Shown here piece after piece: positions 1 through 9,516 of a stretch of DNA of 51,115 bases (position 1 is its first letter; every line of letters begins with the position of its first letter). The DNA is taken from assembly GCA_030831415.1 (NCBI GenBank), contig JAURLC010000061.1:1-51115 (forward strand), in the 5' to 3' direction. The translations under genes were made by a program, and so were the position numbers. Source of the stretch: Bacillota bacterium (GTDB lineage Bacteria; Bacillota_I; Bacilli_A; RFN20; CAG-826). The notes under the pieces are model-generated. The model did not search any database. It was not told the origin of the DNA and saw only the letters and a list, made by a program, of their open reading frames with translations.

Positions 1-492
1 AAAAGGATCATCTTTTTCAAAGAATGGCGAGTTTTCTGGTTTTTGATACGTTGCAGTCACGACATATCCGTCGCCCAAATCGGAGAATTGGTAGGCTGCT
101 TTATTACCAAAATCCGCCACATAAACGCGGCCCTGATCGTCGACATGGACACCACGAGGTCGATCTAAAATACCTTCACCTATGACATCAATTTCATCGG
201 TTAACAAATTATATTTAACGACGCTTTGATTGCCTTCATCTGCAATATATAACACATCATCCGAGGATACATACACATCTTGAGGACTGGATAATTCATA
301 AGGACCAATAAACGTGGTAATCGATAAAGGAACATAGGCATCTTGGGTTTGAATGAGTTGTTCGCGAGAGGTACTGTACGTATACGTGTTATACGGTAAA
401 CCATTATCTGCGAAGGTAGGGTTAACGGTCCGTTGTGGCATCCACAAAGACAAGAACGTAAAACCTAATATTACAACAACGCTCTTTTTCAT
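1..492 (-). CDS. Secreted NHL/beta-propeller-repeat protein, N-terminal part (gene continues past the window start)
   Basis: Absent from the ORF track because no stop lies inside the window. My reverse-strand translation from ATG 492..490 stays open to position 1: MKKSVVVILGFTFLSLWMPQRTVNPTFADNGLPYNTYTYSTSREQLIQTQDAYVPLSITTFIGPYELSSPQDVYVSSDDVLYIADEGNQSVVKYNLLTDEIDVIGEGILDRPRGVHVDDQGRVYVADFGNKAAYQF... The N-terminus is hydrophobic and signal-like. It has repeated P..V.V..D..(L/V)Y(I/V)AD.GN units typical of NHL propeller blades. The ATG directly abuts the upstream permease stop (TAA|ATG). Confidence 0.55.
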   Translation of the reverse strand, partial: MKKSVVVILGFTFLSLWMPQRTVNPTFADNGLPYNTYTYSTSREQLIQTQDAYVPLSITTFIGPYELSSPQDVYVSSDDVLYIADEGNQSVVKYNLLTDEIDVIGEGILDRPRGVHVDDQGRVYVADFGNKAAYQFSDLGDGYVVTATYQKPENSPFFEKDDPF

Positions 493-1371
493 TTATTTGA
501 GCCCCGAATGAGCCATTGTTGACATAACTTGGCTTTGTAAAATAATAAATAAGACTAAGTTAGGAATGAACATGAGCAAGGACGCAGCAGCGGCCATCCC
601 TTGACCAGCAATCGTGTTACCAATACCCGATGTTAAGGTTTGTAAGAAGAACGCTAACGTACGTAAACTTTCATCATTAATAAAAAGCGTCGAGGTTGAG
701 GTATCATTCCAGATAAGTTGGAAGGCTAAAATACCGACCGTTGCAACCGCTGGAGCTATCATCGGCATAATGACCTTAAAGAAAATTTGCATTTCACTCG
801 CCCCGTCAATACGGGCAGCTTCAATAAAATCATTGGGAATTTGATCAATAAATTGTTTAATCAAAAACATCGCAACTGGCATTGTTATGAGCGGAAATAT
901 ATGCGCCAGATACGTATCGATCATCCCTGATTGAGCGACCACAATATATCGAGGAATTTGCACTGCTATCGGAACAAACATTAACGAAATGGTGTTAATT
1001 TCAAAGAGGAATTTTTTACCTTTAAATTTTAGTTTGGCTAACCCGTAAGCGGATAACGCCGTAAATAAAATCGCTAATCCGACCCCGATGACCGTGACAA
1101 AAAGCGAGTTTAACACATAACGAGAGAAGGGAATACCTGAGGTAGAAACGATCCGGGCAAGTTCTAAGAAATTATCAAAGGTCGGATTACGGACAAAGAA
1201 GGTTGGAGGATAGGCAAATAATTCGGATTGAGGTTTAAAAGCATGATTAATAATGAATAATATCGGTAAAATCATCAGCGTTGAAAAACTAATCAAAATG
1301 ATGAAAAAAGGAAGTTGGCCTTTATGGTAACGGTCAGGATTAATTTGTGTACCTAGAAATTTGGAAGCCAT
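493..1371 (-). CDS. Carbohydrate ABC transporter permease (CUT1 family, MalG-like)
   Basis: ORF 493..1398, multi-TM, with EAA-loop motif IEAARIDGASEMQIFFKVIMP. The track start is GTG. I prefer ATG 1371 (MASKFLG...), which is preceded by GGGGAGG and overlaps the upstream stop as TAATG. Confidence 0.9.
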   Translation of the reverse strand: MASKFLGTQINPDRYHKGQLPFFIILISFSTLMILPILFIINHAFKPQSELFAYPPTFFVRNPTFDNFLELARIVSTSGIPFSRYVLNSLFVTVIGVGLAILFTALSAYGLAKLKFKGKKFLFEINTISLMFVPIAVQIPRYIVVAQSGMIDTYLAHIFPLITMPVAMFLIKQFIDQIPNDFIEAARIDGASEMQIFFKVIMPMIAPAVATVGILAFQLIWNDTSTSTLFINDESLRTLAFFLQTLTSGIGNTIAGQGMAAAASLLMFIPNLVLFIILQSQVMSTMAHSGLK

Positions 1372-2267
1372 TAGTCTACCTCCCCGAGTAATTTCCACGT
1401 TAACTTACTAATGCCATACACCATAAGTAACAACACCACGGAGACTGCAGCAGCATATCCCATTAAATAGCGTAAAAAGCCAAAATCTTCAATATGGTTC
1501 ACAATGAGTTGACCTGCATAGTTAGGTGTTGGATTGGTGCCACTTAGGGCAACACCAATGGCACCGGCTTGGAATGTGCCTACGACGGCCATAACCGCAC
1601 CAAAAATCATTTGTGGCTTCATCGCTGGAATCGTGACGTAAATAATTTCTTGGAACCAATTTTTAATCCCATCGATATAGGCTGCTTCATACAAGGTTCG
1701 ATCAACATTTAAAATACCGGCTAGCATCGCTAAGAAGCCAACCCCAATCGAACTCCATAATGACACAACAATCATAATGGTCATGAGCATGTCAGGACTT
1801 TGTAAAAATTGAATGGGTTCAATAATTAATCCCCAATCCAAAAGAATAGCATTGAGATACCCTTGGGCATCCCCCGAGAAAATGATGCGCCACATCGCCG
1901 CCATCGCAATCCCCGCCGTCAATGAAGGAGAATAAAAAATAATCGCCAAAATCGTTCGTGGAATTTTTGGTAAGTGGGATAACATCCATGCCACGATGAA
2001 AGAAAGGAAATAGCCTACCGGGCCAACGATAAAGGCAAAACGAAGGGTATTGGGAAGGACATAGCGCATAAACACCGTATCAAGGGTGATGAGTTCAATA
2101 AAATTTCGAATCCCAATCCATTCAGGTGTCTGAATCGAGTTAAAGAAAGTAAACGATAAACCTATGGCCGCAATGACGGGTACCACAATAAACAAGGCAA
2201 AGAAAAACCAATACGGGACAATAAACCATGCTGGACGATTCATCCGATCCAATACTTTATTGATCAT
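1371..2267 (-). CDS. Carbohydrate ABC transporter permease (CUT1 family, MalF/UgpA-like)
   Basis: ORF 1371..2273 (track start TTG), multi-TM permease with EAA-type loop [29 protein letters not shown] at 2267 is preceded by AGGTGG and overlaps the end of the upstream gene. Confidence 0.9.
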   Translation of the reverse strand: MINKVLDRMNRPAWFIVPYWFFFALFIVVPVIAAIGLSFTFFNSIQTPEWIGIRNFIELITLDTVFMRYVLPNTLRFAFIVGPVGYFLSFIVAWMLSHLPKIPRTILAIIFYSPSLTAGIAMAAMWRIIFSGDAQGYLNAILLDWGLIIEPIQFLQSPDMLMTIMIVVSLWSSIGVGFLAMLAGILNVDRTLYEAAYIDGIKNWFQEIIYVTIPAMKPQMIFGAVMAVVGTFQAGAIGVALSGTNPTPNYAGQLIVNHIEDFGFLRYLMGYAAAVSVVLLLMVYGISKLTWKLLGEVD

Positions 2268-5200
2268 GTTCAATTAACCACCTATCGATATTGTCGATTG
2301 TCGGAACCAAATAAGGTTTCAGAATTTCACCACGGAACGTATACCCAAATTCTTCCATTTTATAAATAATTTCTCGATTGGCAATTCGCACCGCTTCATC
2401 CAGGGCTTGACGAGGATTCACACCGTTGAAGACGATGTTCGTCCAAGCATTGGAAATTTCACGTTCAACCATGTATGTACCAGGAATGCGGCTCGCTTCA
2501 AGCGCATAGTCCCATTGTTCCAAAACGACATTCTTAAATTCTTGAGGCATACTGGATTGGGCAAAAGCATCTAAATTCGCGGAGTTCCAAAAATAGGCTT
2601 TTCCGTAGGTGCTTTGCAATGTTTGACCAAATTGGGCTTGAATATCCGTTGACATCCACCACTGTAAAAAATCCCAGCTTTCTTGGGGAAGATTCGTGTT
2701 GGCAAGAATCATCGACCCTTGTGCACCACTTGCAGCACTTCGATTAATGTCACCCGTTTCTGGATCACGTACACCAGGATGTAAATCCATCCCCCATAAA
2801 CCATCTAATTCAGTAGCGGCAGAGGATAATAAGAGGTACGTTCCTAAGTCACCAATACCAATCGGAATCGTTCCATAACGGAAATTATTGTAAAAACTTG
2901 CCACGAATTTTGGAACATTGTATAACGTATATAATTCCGACATTAACGTTAATCCTTCGAGCGTGGCTTCTGAATTAATCGTCGTTGACATCCCATCTTC
3001 AGCATACAAGGACCCACCAAATTGATGGATAAAAGGTAAAGTTGCAACAAAAGGTTTTAATCCAGAGTACTGGGATAAGGGAACAAAATAATTGAGGCCA
3101 TAACTTTGTAATAAAGGTAAGGATCCAATAACATCATCCCACGTTTGAGGAACTTCATCTAATCCAATCGACGATAAAATGTCGCGACGGTAAAAGGTAA
3201 CCCAAAAGTTTTGAGTTCCAGGTAATCCATACACTCCTTCTTCAAAAATATAAGGAATCATGGCACCTTTTGAGAAATGGGATACCGCTTCTGTATAACC
3301 ATCAAACTGACGTAAATCAAGAGCAGCATCTCGGGCAGCAAAATCATAAGGAATCCAATGATTCACGCCTAAGGCAATATCAGGAGACTCACCGGAAATA
3401 TTCGAAAGAATTAATTTATTTTCATCAGGCATTTGGGATAACGTCACACGACGTGTTCCAGGATAGGATTGATCGATCATTGCCTGCATAATTTCAATGT
3501 ATTGTCGAGGATGATTGACCCATACGTTTAAATCTTCTTCGTTCATATCCGTTGCTGAGTATGGATTATTAATAAACGATAAAATTAAACGTGCCGATCC
3601 TTCATAAGCAGAACGAATAAAGTTTGCCGTCGGACGAGGAAGGGAGACCTTTCCGTGCACCATGGTTCGTTCAATTTCTAAAGAAGAACGGAAAAATTCC
3701 TGTAAAATGACGCCCAACATTTGATTGACGCTCGAGTCACCATCCGAAAATTGAACCATTCGACTCGGTAGTCGATTAATTTGAGCAGCGATCGAACGTA
3801 AACGTGAAATACTGACAACGACATTCGCTAATTGGGAAGGGCGTTGATTAATTGCCAAAGGAACAAGGCTTTCATAGAGTGCCTCTAATTGATCCGCCCA
3901 CGTTTCAATATCTGTACGGGCATTAGGGAAATACGTTTCAATATCCCAATCGCGATATAAATCATTACTTCCAGCCGTGTAACGTTTTATCGCCAAAGAC
4001 AAGGATTGAATATTGGCCATTAAATATTGAATCGTCTCGATGGCTTGTCGATATGGATAGTGAACTGCCTCTAACGTAATGGAATTAACACCTTCTTGTA
4101 AATAAAATTGATACGCTTCACCTTCTTCGTTACGTAAAGTTCGATTTTTAAATTGCATCGTAAATGGGAACGGAAACGCTTCCATCGTATCAAAGGGAAC
4201 TTCTCCATTAATAAGGATGCGTCGATGTGCCATCATATCGTTGAGTAAATATTGACGATAACGGAATGAGAGATGATAATAACCCGCTGTTTCAACATCG
4301 ATGGTATACGTGATAGATTGACCACCTTTTTCCCAAGAATCACCAAAAATTGTATTGAGACGAAGGAATTGAGTATCATAAGCCATGGCTGAGGCATCTT
4401 GTTCGGTACGTAAACGAATCGAAGAATCCGATCGTGCAACCATACTACGAGCAGAAATGAGCGATAACGTATTCACGACCTCTCCAGAAGGTTGAGATTG
4501 TAAATACCGTTCATAGGTTGGTAAGGAAGGTTTTTCAATCGCATAAACTGCCCCCACAAGAAAGGGAGCATTAACAAATTCAATTGAGATTTCATCCCCT
4601 GGTTCGACTAAAAAGGCAAAAGGACCAGCATGGAGCGTACGTGGATCTTGGAAGGAAACATTGGACCATTGTTTCACTTTTTGTGAGTTCGGTTGAAGCT
4701 CATTTTCATAACGATCTAAGGCAAATGTATCACTTACAAATTCCCACGAGGAAGGAAGTACCATTGCTTGAGCTTCGTAAAATTGTGTTTCACCGTTAAT
4801 GCGAACACTAAATTTTGTATCCTCTACGCCATCGTCTAGTAGGTAGTAATCTAGTGAAAAATAATTAAGTGTCGTAAATCCAAAATCAAAGGTAAAGGTT
4901 AAAGGTGCATCATGATCTACTCGATAAATGGTGCGTCCTTCTCCTGTTTGATCGTCATAAGCGTCTTGTATCGATGAAGCAAGCGGGAAATCTTCGCTAA
5001 GAGGATTGCCAACTAATGCATCATTTACATACGTTGTTTGATAATCCGAGGCTGGATAATTTTGTTCCTCATATAACCTAGCTTTAGATGTATACGTTGG
5101 AATACCGTAGACATCGTTGAGAGAAGGATAATCATACAAATTCATTTGGTCAATCGAAGGAAAATACGTATCGATTGCAGTACTTGAAAAGCCACCCACA

Positions 5201-5289
5201 AGGACTAAAATAACAACACTCAAAATAAACACCATAAAGCTGATGGTGCCTCGTTTTAAAGAAAAGAAGAATGTTTTTATTTTATTCAT
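2257..5289 (-). CDS. Membrane-anchored 1010-aa fusion: CBM-like beta-sandwich plus helical N-terminal half, family-1 extracellular solute-binding domain in the C-terminal half
   Basis: Single N-terminal TM ([19 protein letters not shown]) with no lipobox. Two segments have CBM-like signatures ([15 protein letters not shown]...; [30 protein letters not shown]...NSITLEAV). From about residue 560 onward it resembles LplA/YtcQ-type sugar SBPs ([24 protein letters not shown]...). It sits immediately upstream of the two permeases. Confidence 0.65.
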   Translation of the reverse strand: MNKIKTFFFSLKRGTISFMVFILSVVILVLVGGFSSTAIDTYFPSIDQMNLYDYPSLNDVYGIPTYTSKARLYEEQNYPASDYQTTYVNDALVGNPLSEDFPLASSIQDAYDDQTGEGRTIYRVDHDAPLTFTFDFGFTTLNYFSLDYYLLDDGVEDTKFSVRINGETQFYEAQAMVLPSSWEFVSDTFALDRYENELQPNSQKVKQWSNVSFQDPRTLHAGPFAFLVEPGDEISIEFVNAPFLVGAVYAIEKPSLPTYERYLQSQPSGEVVNTLSLISARSMVARSDSSIRLRTEQDASAMAYDTQFLRLNTIFGDSWEKGGQSITYTIDVETAGYYHLSFRYRQYLLNDMMAHRRILINGEVPFDTMEAFPFPFTMQFKNRTLRNEEGEAYQFYLQEGVNSITLEAVHYPYRQAIETIQYLMANIQSLSLAIKRYTAGSNDLYRDWDIETYFPNARTDIETWADQLEALYESLVPLAINQRPSQLANVVVSISRLRSIAAQINRLPSRMVQFSDGDSSVNQMLGVILQEFFRSSLEIERTMVHGKVSLPRPTANFIRSAYEGSARLILSFINNPYSATDMNEEDLNVWVNHPRQYIEIMQAMIDQSYPGTRRVTLSQMPDENKLILSNISGESPDIALGVNHWIPYDFAARDAALDLRQFDGYTEAVSHFSKGAMIPYIFEEGVYGLPGTQNFWVTFYRRDILSSIGLDEVPQTWDDVIGSLPLLQSYGLNYFVPLSQYSGLKPFVATLPFIHQFGGSLYAEDGMSTTINSEATLEGLTLMSELYTLYNVPKFVASFYNNFRYGTIPIGIGDLGTYLLLSSAATELDGLWGMDLHPGVRDPETGDINRSAASGAQGSMILANTNLPQESWDFLQWWMSTDIQAQFGQTLQSTYGKAYFWNSANLDAFAQSSMPQEFKNVVLEQWDYALEASRIPGTYMVEREISNAWTNIVFNGVNPRQALDEAVRIANREIIYKMEEFGYTFRGEILKPYLVPTIDNIDRWLIEHDQ

Positions 5290-5306
5290 TGTTTTTTTAA
5301 ACGGAT

Positions 5307-5340
5307 AGAAAACCTAAGAAGACACCCTCTTAGGTTTTCT
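5307..5340 (-). other. Intra-operon stem-loop between the SBP gene and the giant SBP-fusion gene (mRNA stabiliser or partial terminator)
   Basis: A perfect 13-bp stem, agaaaacctaaga (5307..5319) paired with tcttaggttttct (5328..5340), with an 8-nt loop. On the transcribed minus strand it follows the 5354..6844 stop and is not followed by a full T-run (atccgtttaaaaaaaca ATG). Confidence 0.55.
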
Positions 5341-5353
5341 AAAGAACGTCTGT

Positions 5354-6844
5354 TTAACTACCTAATGTGGTGAGTTGGTCTGTGACCAATGAATTAATTT
5401 GGGCTTGCCATTGTGCAGCATAGGTTGGTACCGCTGTGGAACCAGCTGTCACTAAATTATCCCAATTATATGCATTTTCTGGAAGGTAGACCCATGCCCA
5501 GAAATCTTTATACCCAGGTAGCCATTTATCCAAATCAGGTTTTGATTTTTCGATATTATCAAAAATGTAATCAATCCCTTCAATACCATCAACAAGATCA
5601 CGAACGCGATCCCATACCCCATCATAGTCGGCAACAGGGAAACGGTCAAGGAAGTTGGGAGTTAATCCATCATCTAATGATTCTTGATAATCTTCTTCTA
5701 AAAGATCAAGGCGAGCATTCCATCCATCACGGCCAAACGTCATCCATTTTGCAAGTAAATACGCTTCTTCTGGATGGGCTGTTTGTGAGGAGATGGCTTG
5801 GAAATCTAAAATCGTCGGAGGGAAGAACCCTGCATCTCCTTGTGGATAAGGCCAGAATCCGAGTTCAAAGTCACGATTATCCATCGCATCTTTAATGACC
5901 CAGAATTGCCACGAACCTTCAATGTCCATAGCCGCATAACCGGTTTGAATCATATAGGTGCGTAATTCATCATTGTCTTCCGCATTCAAATCTTCTTCTG
6001 TGAAGCGGGTGGTTGTTCCATCGGTTAGTTGATGGAGATCAACTTTTGCTTCCATGGCATCAATCCACGATTGAGAGGTGTAATTAAATTGAGTACCATC
6101 CCACGTATCATATTGGGTTGATTCGTTGTTCATCGTTGGCCACACTTGTTGGAAATCAGGCGTTCCATACCATGTGTCCATGCCAACAACTAAGTTTTCT
6201 GTATTCACTAAATCAAAGTTTTTAATGTCTTTTGCGATATTCACAAATTCTTCAAAGGTCCAATCCTTAACAGGATATCCATCGTTATCAATACGATATT
6301 TTCCTTCAACGGTGCTTAAATTAGCCCGTTCAAAAATATTAAGATTAATGAGGATTCCTTTTAAAAATTGGAAAGAAGGCACTGCATATCGTTTGCCATT
6401 GTAAACTCCGGCTAGAGCAATATTATCGTAAACAAGCTCGGCGTCAGGATCTTCATCCCAATACTCTGCTACATCTAATGTTAATCCAGCATTAATAATG
6501 GTAGGAACATTATCCGTTGCAAAGACATCAGGAAGTAACCCTGCTTGCGCAGCGGTGATAAGGTTACCTGTAAATTCAGCCCCACTACCGGTTATGTCTT
6601 GACGTAACTCTACGGTAATGTGCGGATAGCGAGCCTCAAAGGCATCAATCATCCGTTGATTCAATTCTTGGTTTCCCCAGTCCGCGTAAGACAAGGTGAC
6701 TGGACGTAATGTTTGACTCGAAGATCCAGGAGTCGTGGAATTTGTTGTGCTAGAAGCGACCCCGCTGGAAGCGGTGGAAGTACCACCGCATCCAACAAGG
6801 ATGAATCCTGTCACTAACGAGAATTTGAGTAAGGTTTTATTCAT
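5354..6844 (-). CDS. Sugar ABC transporter substrate-binding lipoprotein (family 1 SBP)
   Basis: Lipobox LVGC|GG followed by an S/T-rich linker. SBP-like core (LSYADWGNQELNQRMIDAFEARYPHITVELRQ...). Strong SD AAGGAGGTAAGG lies upstream. Confidence 0.85.
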   Translation of the reverse strand: MNKTLLKFSLVTGFILVGCGGTSTASSGVASSTTNSTTPGSSSQTLRPVTLSYADWGNQELNQRMIDAFEARYPHITVELRQDITGSGAEFTGNLITAAQAGLLPDVFATDNVPTIINAGLTLDVAEYWDEDPDAELVYDNIALAGVYNGKRYAVPSFQFLKGILINLNIFERANLSTVEGKYRIDNDGYPVKDWTFEEFVNIAKDIKNFDLVNTENLVVGMDTWYGTPDFQQVWPTMNNESTQYDTWDGTQFNYTSQSWIDAMEAKVDLHQLTDGTTTRFTEEDLNAEDNDELRTYMIQTGYAAMDIEGSWQFWVIKDAMDNRDFELGFWPYPQGDAGFFPPTILDFQAISSQTAHPEEAYLLAKWMTFGRDGWNARLDLLEEDYQESLDDGLTPNFLDRFPVADYDGVWDRVRDLVDGIEGIDYIFDNIEKSKPDLDKWLPGYKDFWAWVYLPENAYNWDNLVTAGSTAVPTYAAQWQAQINSLVTDQLTTLGS

Positions 6845-6859
6845 CGATTCCTTACCTCC

Positions 6860-9463
6860 TTAAGCGTTAAAGTTGCGATATAAAAGGACTTCAGAAAGGA
6901 GGAATTCTCCAGGTAAGGAGACTTTATCTCCGCCCAAGGTTCCAAAGTCGAGTTCCATTTTCACATTGGTGATGGGTTGTTCAATCACAATGGTAGCCGT
7001 AAAGGTATACGCAACATCTTCGGTGACACCAAAATCAGAGAAGCCACCTTCAAGAATGGATGCATACCCTGCATCGGGGAGAACAATATTGAAACGTAAA
7101 TCACGGGTCACTGAACTTGTCACCACAAATTTAAGTTCATACGTACCAACACCCAAGTTAGGAAGGATGTAGAAATAATGAGGTTCGTAGGCTTGACCAC
7201 CCACGGAGTTGGTGGTAATGAGTGCTCCATCTGCTGTTTGTTTCATCGTGGCATCACCAAACAAGGTGTGGCCACCTAGGACGGTTTCCATGTCTCCGTT
7301 ATAGAGTGAAGGAACATCGACATCAGCTTCTTTGAGCGAGACGTTATCTAAGTAAACCGTTATTGGATCCGCACCAAGTGTTAATCCTGTACCAAATTCA
7401 AACGCTAATTTTTCCGTATCATTTGTAGCTGCGCCAACGGTTGACACCGTTTTGGTAAAGGTTTGTTTTGATGTAGTTAATAATGAAGCTGGTTCTTGAA
7501 CGTGATTCGTCCAAATGTTTTCACCAAAAATGTTGGGTGTTAACGTAACAGCTTCAGTAGCATACGCATCAAAACTTAAGGTGTAAGTTTTTTCTGGATC
7601 AATGTCCAAGAACGTAGATGCGACCGGAAGACCTACTAACGATTCAGCATCTTGGACGATTTGTAAATGCCATGATTCGGAAATGTTGGCTGCGGTGACG
7701 GTCATCGCAAATTCACCATTTTCCACACCGGCAGTAAAGGCTGTACCGTCCCATGTATTGGCAAACCCTCTCCAACCTGAAAGGTCGAATTGGTTATTGG
7801 CAATAAGGGCATCGGCTTCTAAACGTTGTAAACGAACTTCTTCTAAAACAAGCGTTCCGTCAGCAAAACCTGCTTGTGTACCGAGTTCTAAAACGACTTT
7901 AACATCGGCAGTGGCTTTGGTAACAGTGAACACAAATTCTTGAGTTGAGGATGTCGTACCAATGTCTATTCCATTAAGTCGACCATATTCATTCCATGGT
8001 TCGCCATAACCGATACCAACACTGATTTTACGAGCAACGGTTGCGCTTGCAGTAACAGAAAATCGATAGGTTGTACCTTCGACTAATTCAACACCATCTT
8101 GGAAAAATTGAATTGCCCAAGCAGCATCACCACCACCAACGATATCTAAGCTGTATGTACCTGCGGTTACATCTTGGCTAGGCGTGACAACAGGTGGGGT
8201 TCCCCAATCTTGTTGCCAGTAACCCCATTCTGCCCCAAGTTCTGTATCAAAACTTCCATTGGTTAAGAGGTTTTCGTCTTTAAACACTAAGTCTACAACA
8301 TTGACTTCGGTGGATGCCGTTGCTTCATTCCCTGCAGCGTCTTCTACCGAATAATTAACGGTAAAGGAACCAGGGGCTGTTGTATCGACACTTTGGACCA
8401 CTTGATCATTGCTATCGAGGATTTCAACAATGATGTCGGCAGTCACATCGCCATCGACTACGTCAAGAGCGGTAACGCCTGCACGTGGATCATAGGTTGC
8501 ACCCACGAGTAAGTTAACGGATTCTTGAACACCAAAGAAGGCAGGTGCGGTCGTATCGGCATCAATGGTCGATTCCACAATGCTGACATTGTCAAAGTAC
8601 AAGGTTGCATTGACGGATTGATTGTTGACACGTCCTAATCCAAAGAGGATACCACCACGAGGATTGTCTTGGTTCATCGTAAATTTATACGAAAAACGTG
8701 ACGTTGTGGTCGTAATCGTTCGGTAAATAATATTTTCCGCCAAGGGTAAGAAATCCACAAAATAAGGAGCTGCCGGTAAAAGTTCCCCAACTTGTAAAGC
8801 GATTTCTTTGGTGACACTCGAACGAGCATCGAAGGACACTTCATACGTTGTACCTTGAACAAATGGAATATTCATTTGACCAAAGCGCGGCGTGAAGAAG
8901 TTAGCCCCAGCGGTAACTTCCGCTTTAAGTTCACCATTTTCAGTCGATAAGGTCATCGCTGCCCCATCGGCAATGTACACAACGGAGGGATTGTCCCATC
9001 CAGCTGTACCAAGTGCAAAGTCTGGATTCACTAATAAACCATCGGAATCCGGTTCCGCGACAGTAACATTACGGAATTTAGATGCACTTACATCACCCAC
9101 GGTGACTAAGTAACGAACGACGTGAACACCCGTTTTGGTGGTGTCAAGTTCACCCGTTGTAGCATTAACCGCTGTGGAAATAGAGGAAATCGTTAATTGA
9201 TCAGCGTAATCTACGCCATCATCCCCCAAAGCAGTTACACCGGTGAATAAATTAAAATCGGCATCGAATTCGACTTCCACATCATTGGCGTTACCAATAG
9301 TAATGGACGTTAAGGCAGCTACCGATGAGGTAACTTCTGAACTCGTTGCAGTTGAGGAGGCGGGCGTAGAACTTGTCACAGTGGACGAAGTGGTGCCACC
9401 ACATGCTGCAAGAATGAGTGCAAAGGTTCCTAATGGTAACCAAGTTGTCATTTTTTTCATCAT
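6860..9463 (-). CDS. Surface lipoprotein with two Ig-like (DUF5011-type) modules and four CBM_4_9-like carbohydrate-binding modules
   Basis: Lipobox LAAC|GG plus an S/T-rich linker. CBM-type module starts: LLVNPDFALGTAGWDNPS, NLLTNGSFDTELGAEWGYW, LIANNQFDLSGWRGF, SLYNGDMETVLGG. Typical module ends: LYFDNVSIVE and VYLDNVSLKE. Ig-like segments contain ...GVTALD(V/D)..G(D)... I place the start at the ATG ATG pair after AAAGGAG (9463, +/-3 nt) rather than the track start 9487. Confidence 0.7.
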   Translation of the reverse strand: MMKKMTTWLPLGTFALILAACGGTTSSTVTSSTPASSTATSSEVTSSVAALTSITIGNANDVEVEFDADFNLFTGVTALGDDGVDYADQLTISSISTAVNATTGELDTTKTGVHVVRYLVTVGDVSASKFRNVTVAEPDSDGLLVNPDFALGTAGWDNPSVVYIADGAAMTLSTENGELKAEVTAGANFFTPRFGQMNIPFVQGTTYEVSFDARSSVTKEIALQVGELLPAAPYFVDFLPLAENIIYRTITTTTSRFSYKFTMNQDNPRGGILFGLGRVNNQSVNATLYFDNVSIVESTIDADTTAPAFFGVQESVNLLVGATYDPRAGVTALDVVDGDVTADIIVEILDSNDQVVQSVDTTAPGSFTVNYSVEDAAGNEATASTEVNVVDLVFKDENLLTNGSFDTELGAEWGYWQQDWGTPPVVTPSQDVTAGTYSLDIVGGGDAAWAIQFFQDGVELVEGTTYRFSVTASATVARKISVGIGYGEPWNEYGRLNGIDIGTTSSTQEFVFTVTKATADVKVVLELGTQAGFADGTLVLEEVRLQRLEADALIANNQFDLSGWRGFANTWDGTAFTAGVENGEFAMTVTAANISESWHLQIVQDAESLVGLPVASTFLDIDPEKTYTLSFDAYATEAVTLTPNIFGENIWTNHVQEPASLLTTSKQTFTKTVSTVGAATNDTEKLAFEFGTGLTLGADPITVYLDNVSLKEADVDVPSLYNGDMETVLGGHTLFGDATMKQTADGALITTNSVGGQAYEPHYFYILPNLGVGTYELKFVVTSSVTRDLRFNIVLPDAGYASILEGGFSDFGVTEDVAYTFTATIVIEQPITNVKMELDFGTLGGDKVSLPGEFLLSEVLLYRNFNA

Positions 9464-9516
9464 TTTTCTCCTTTCATGATGAGACACAAGAGAACAGTTA
9501 GCGAAAGCGAGGTGTG

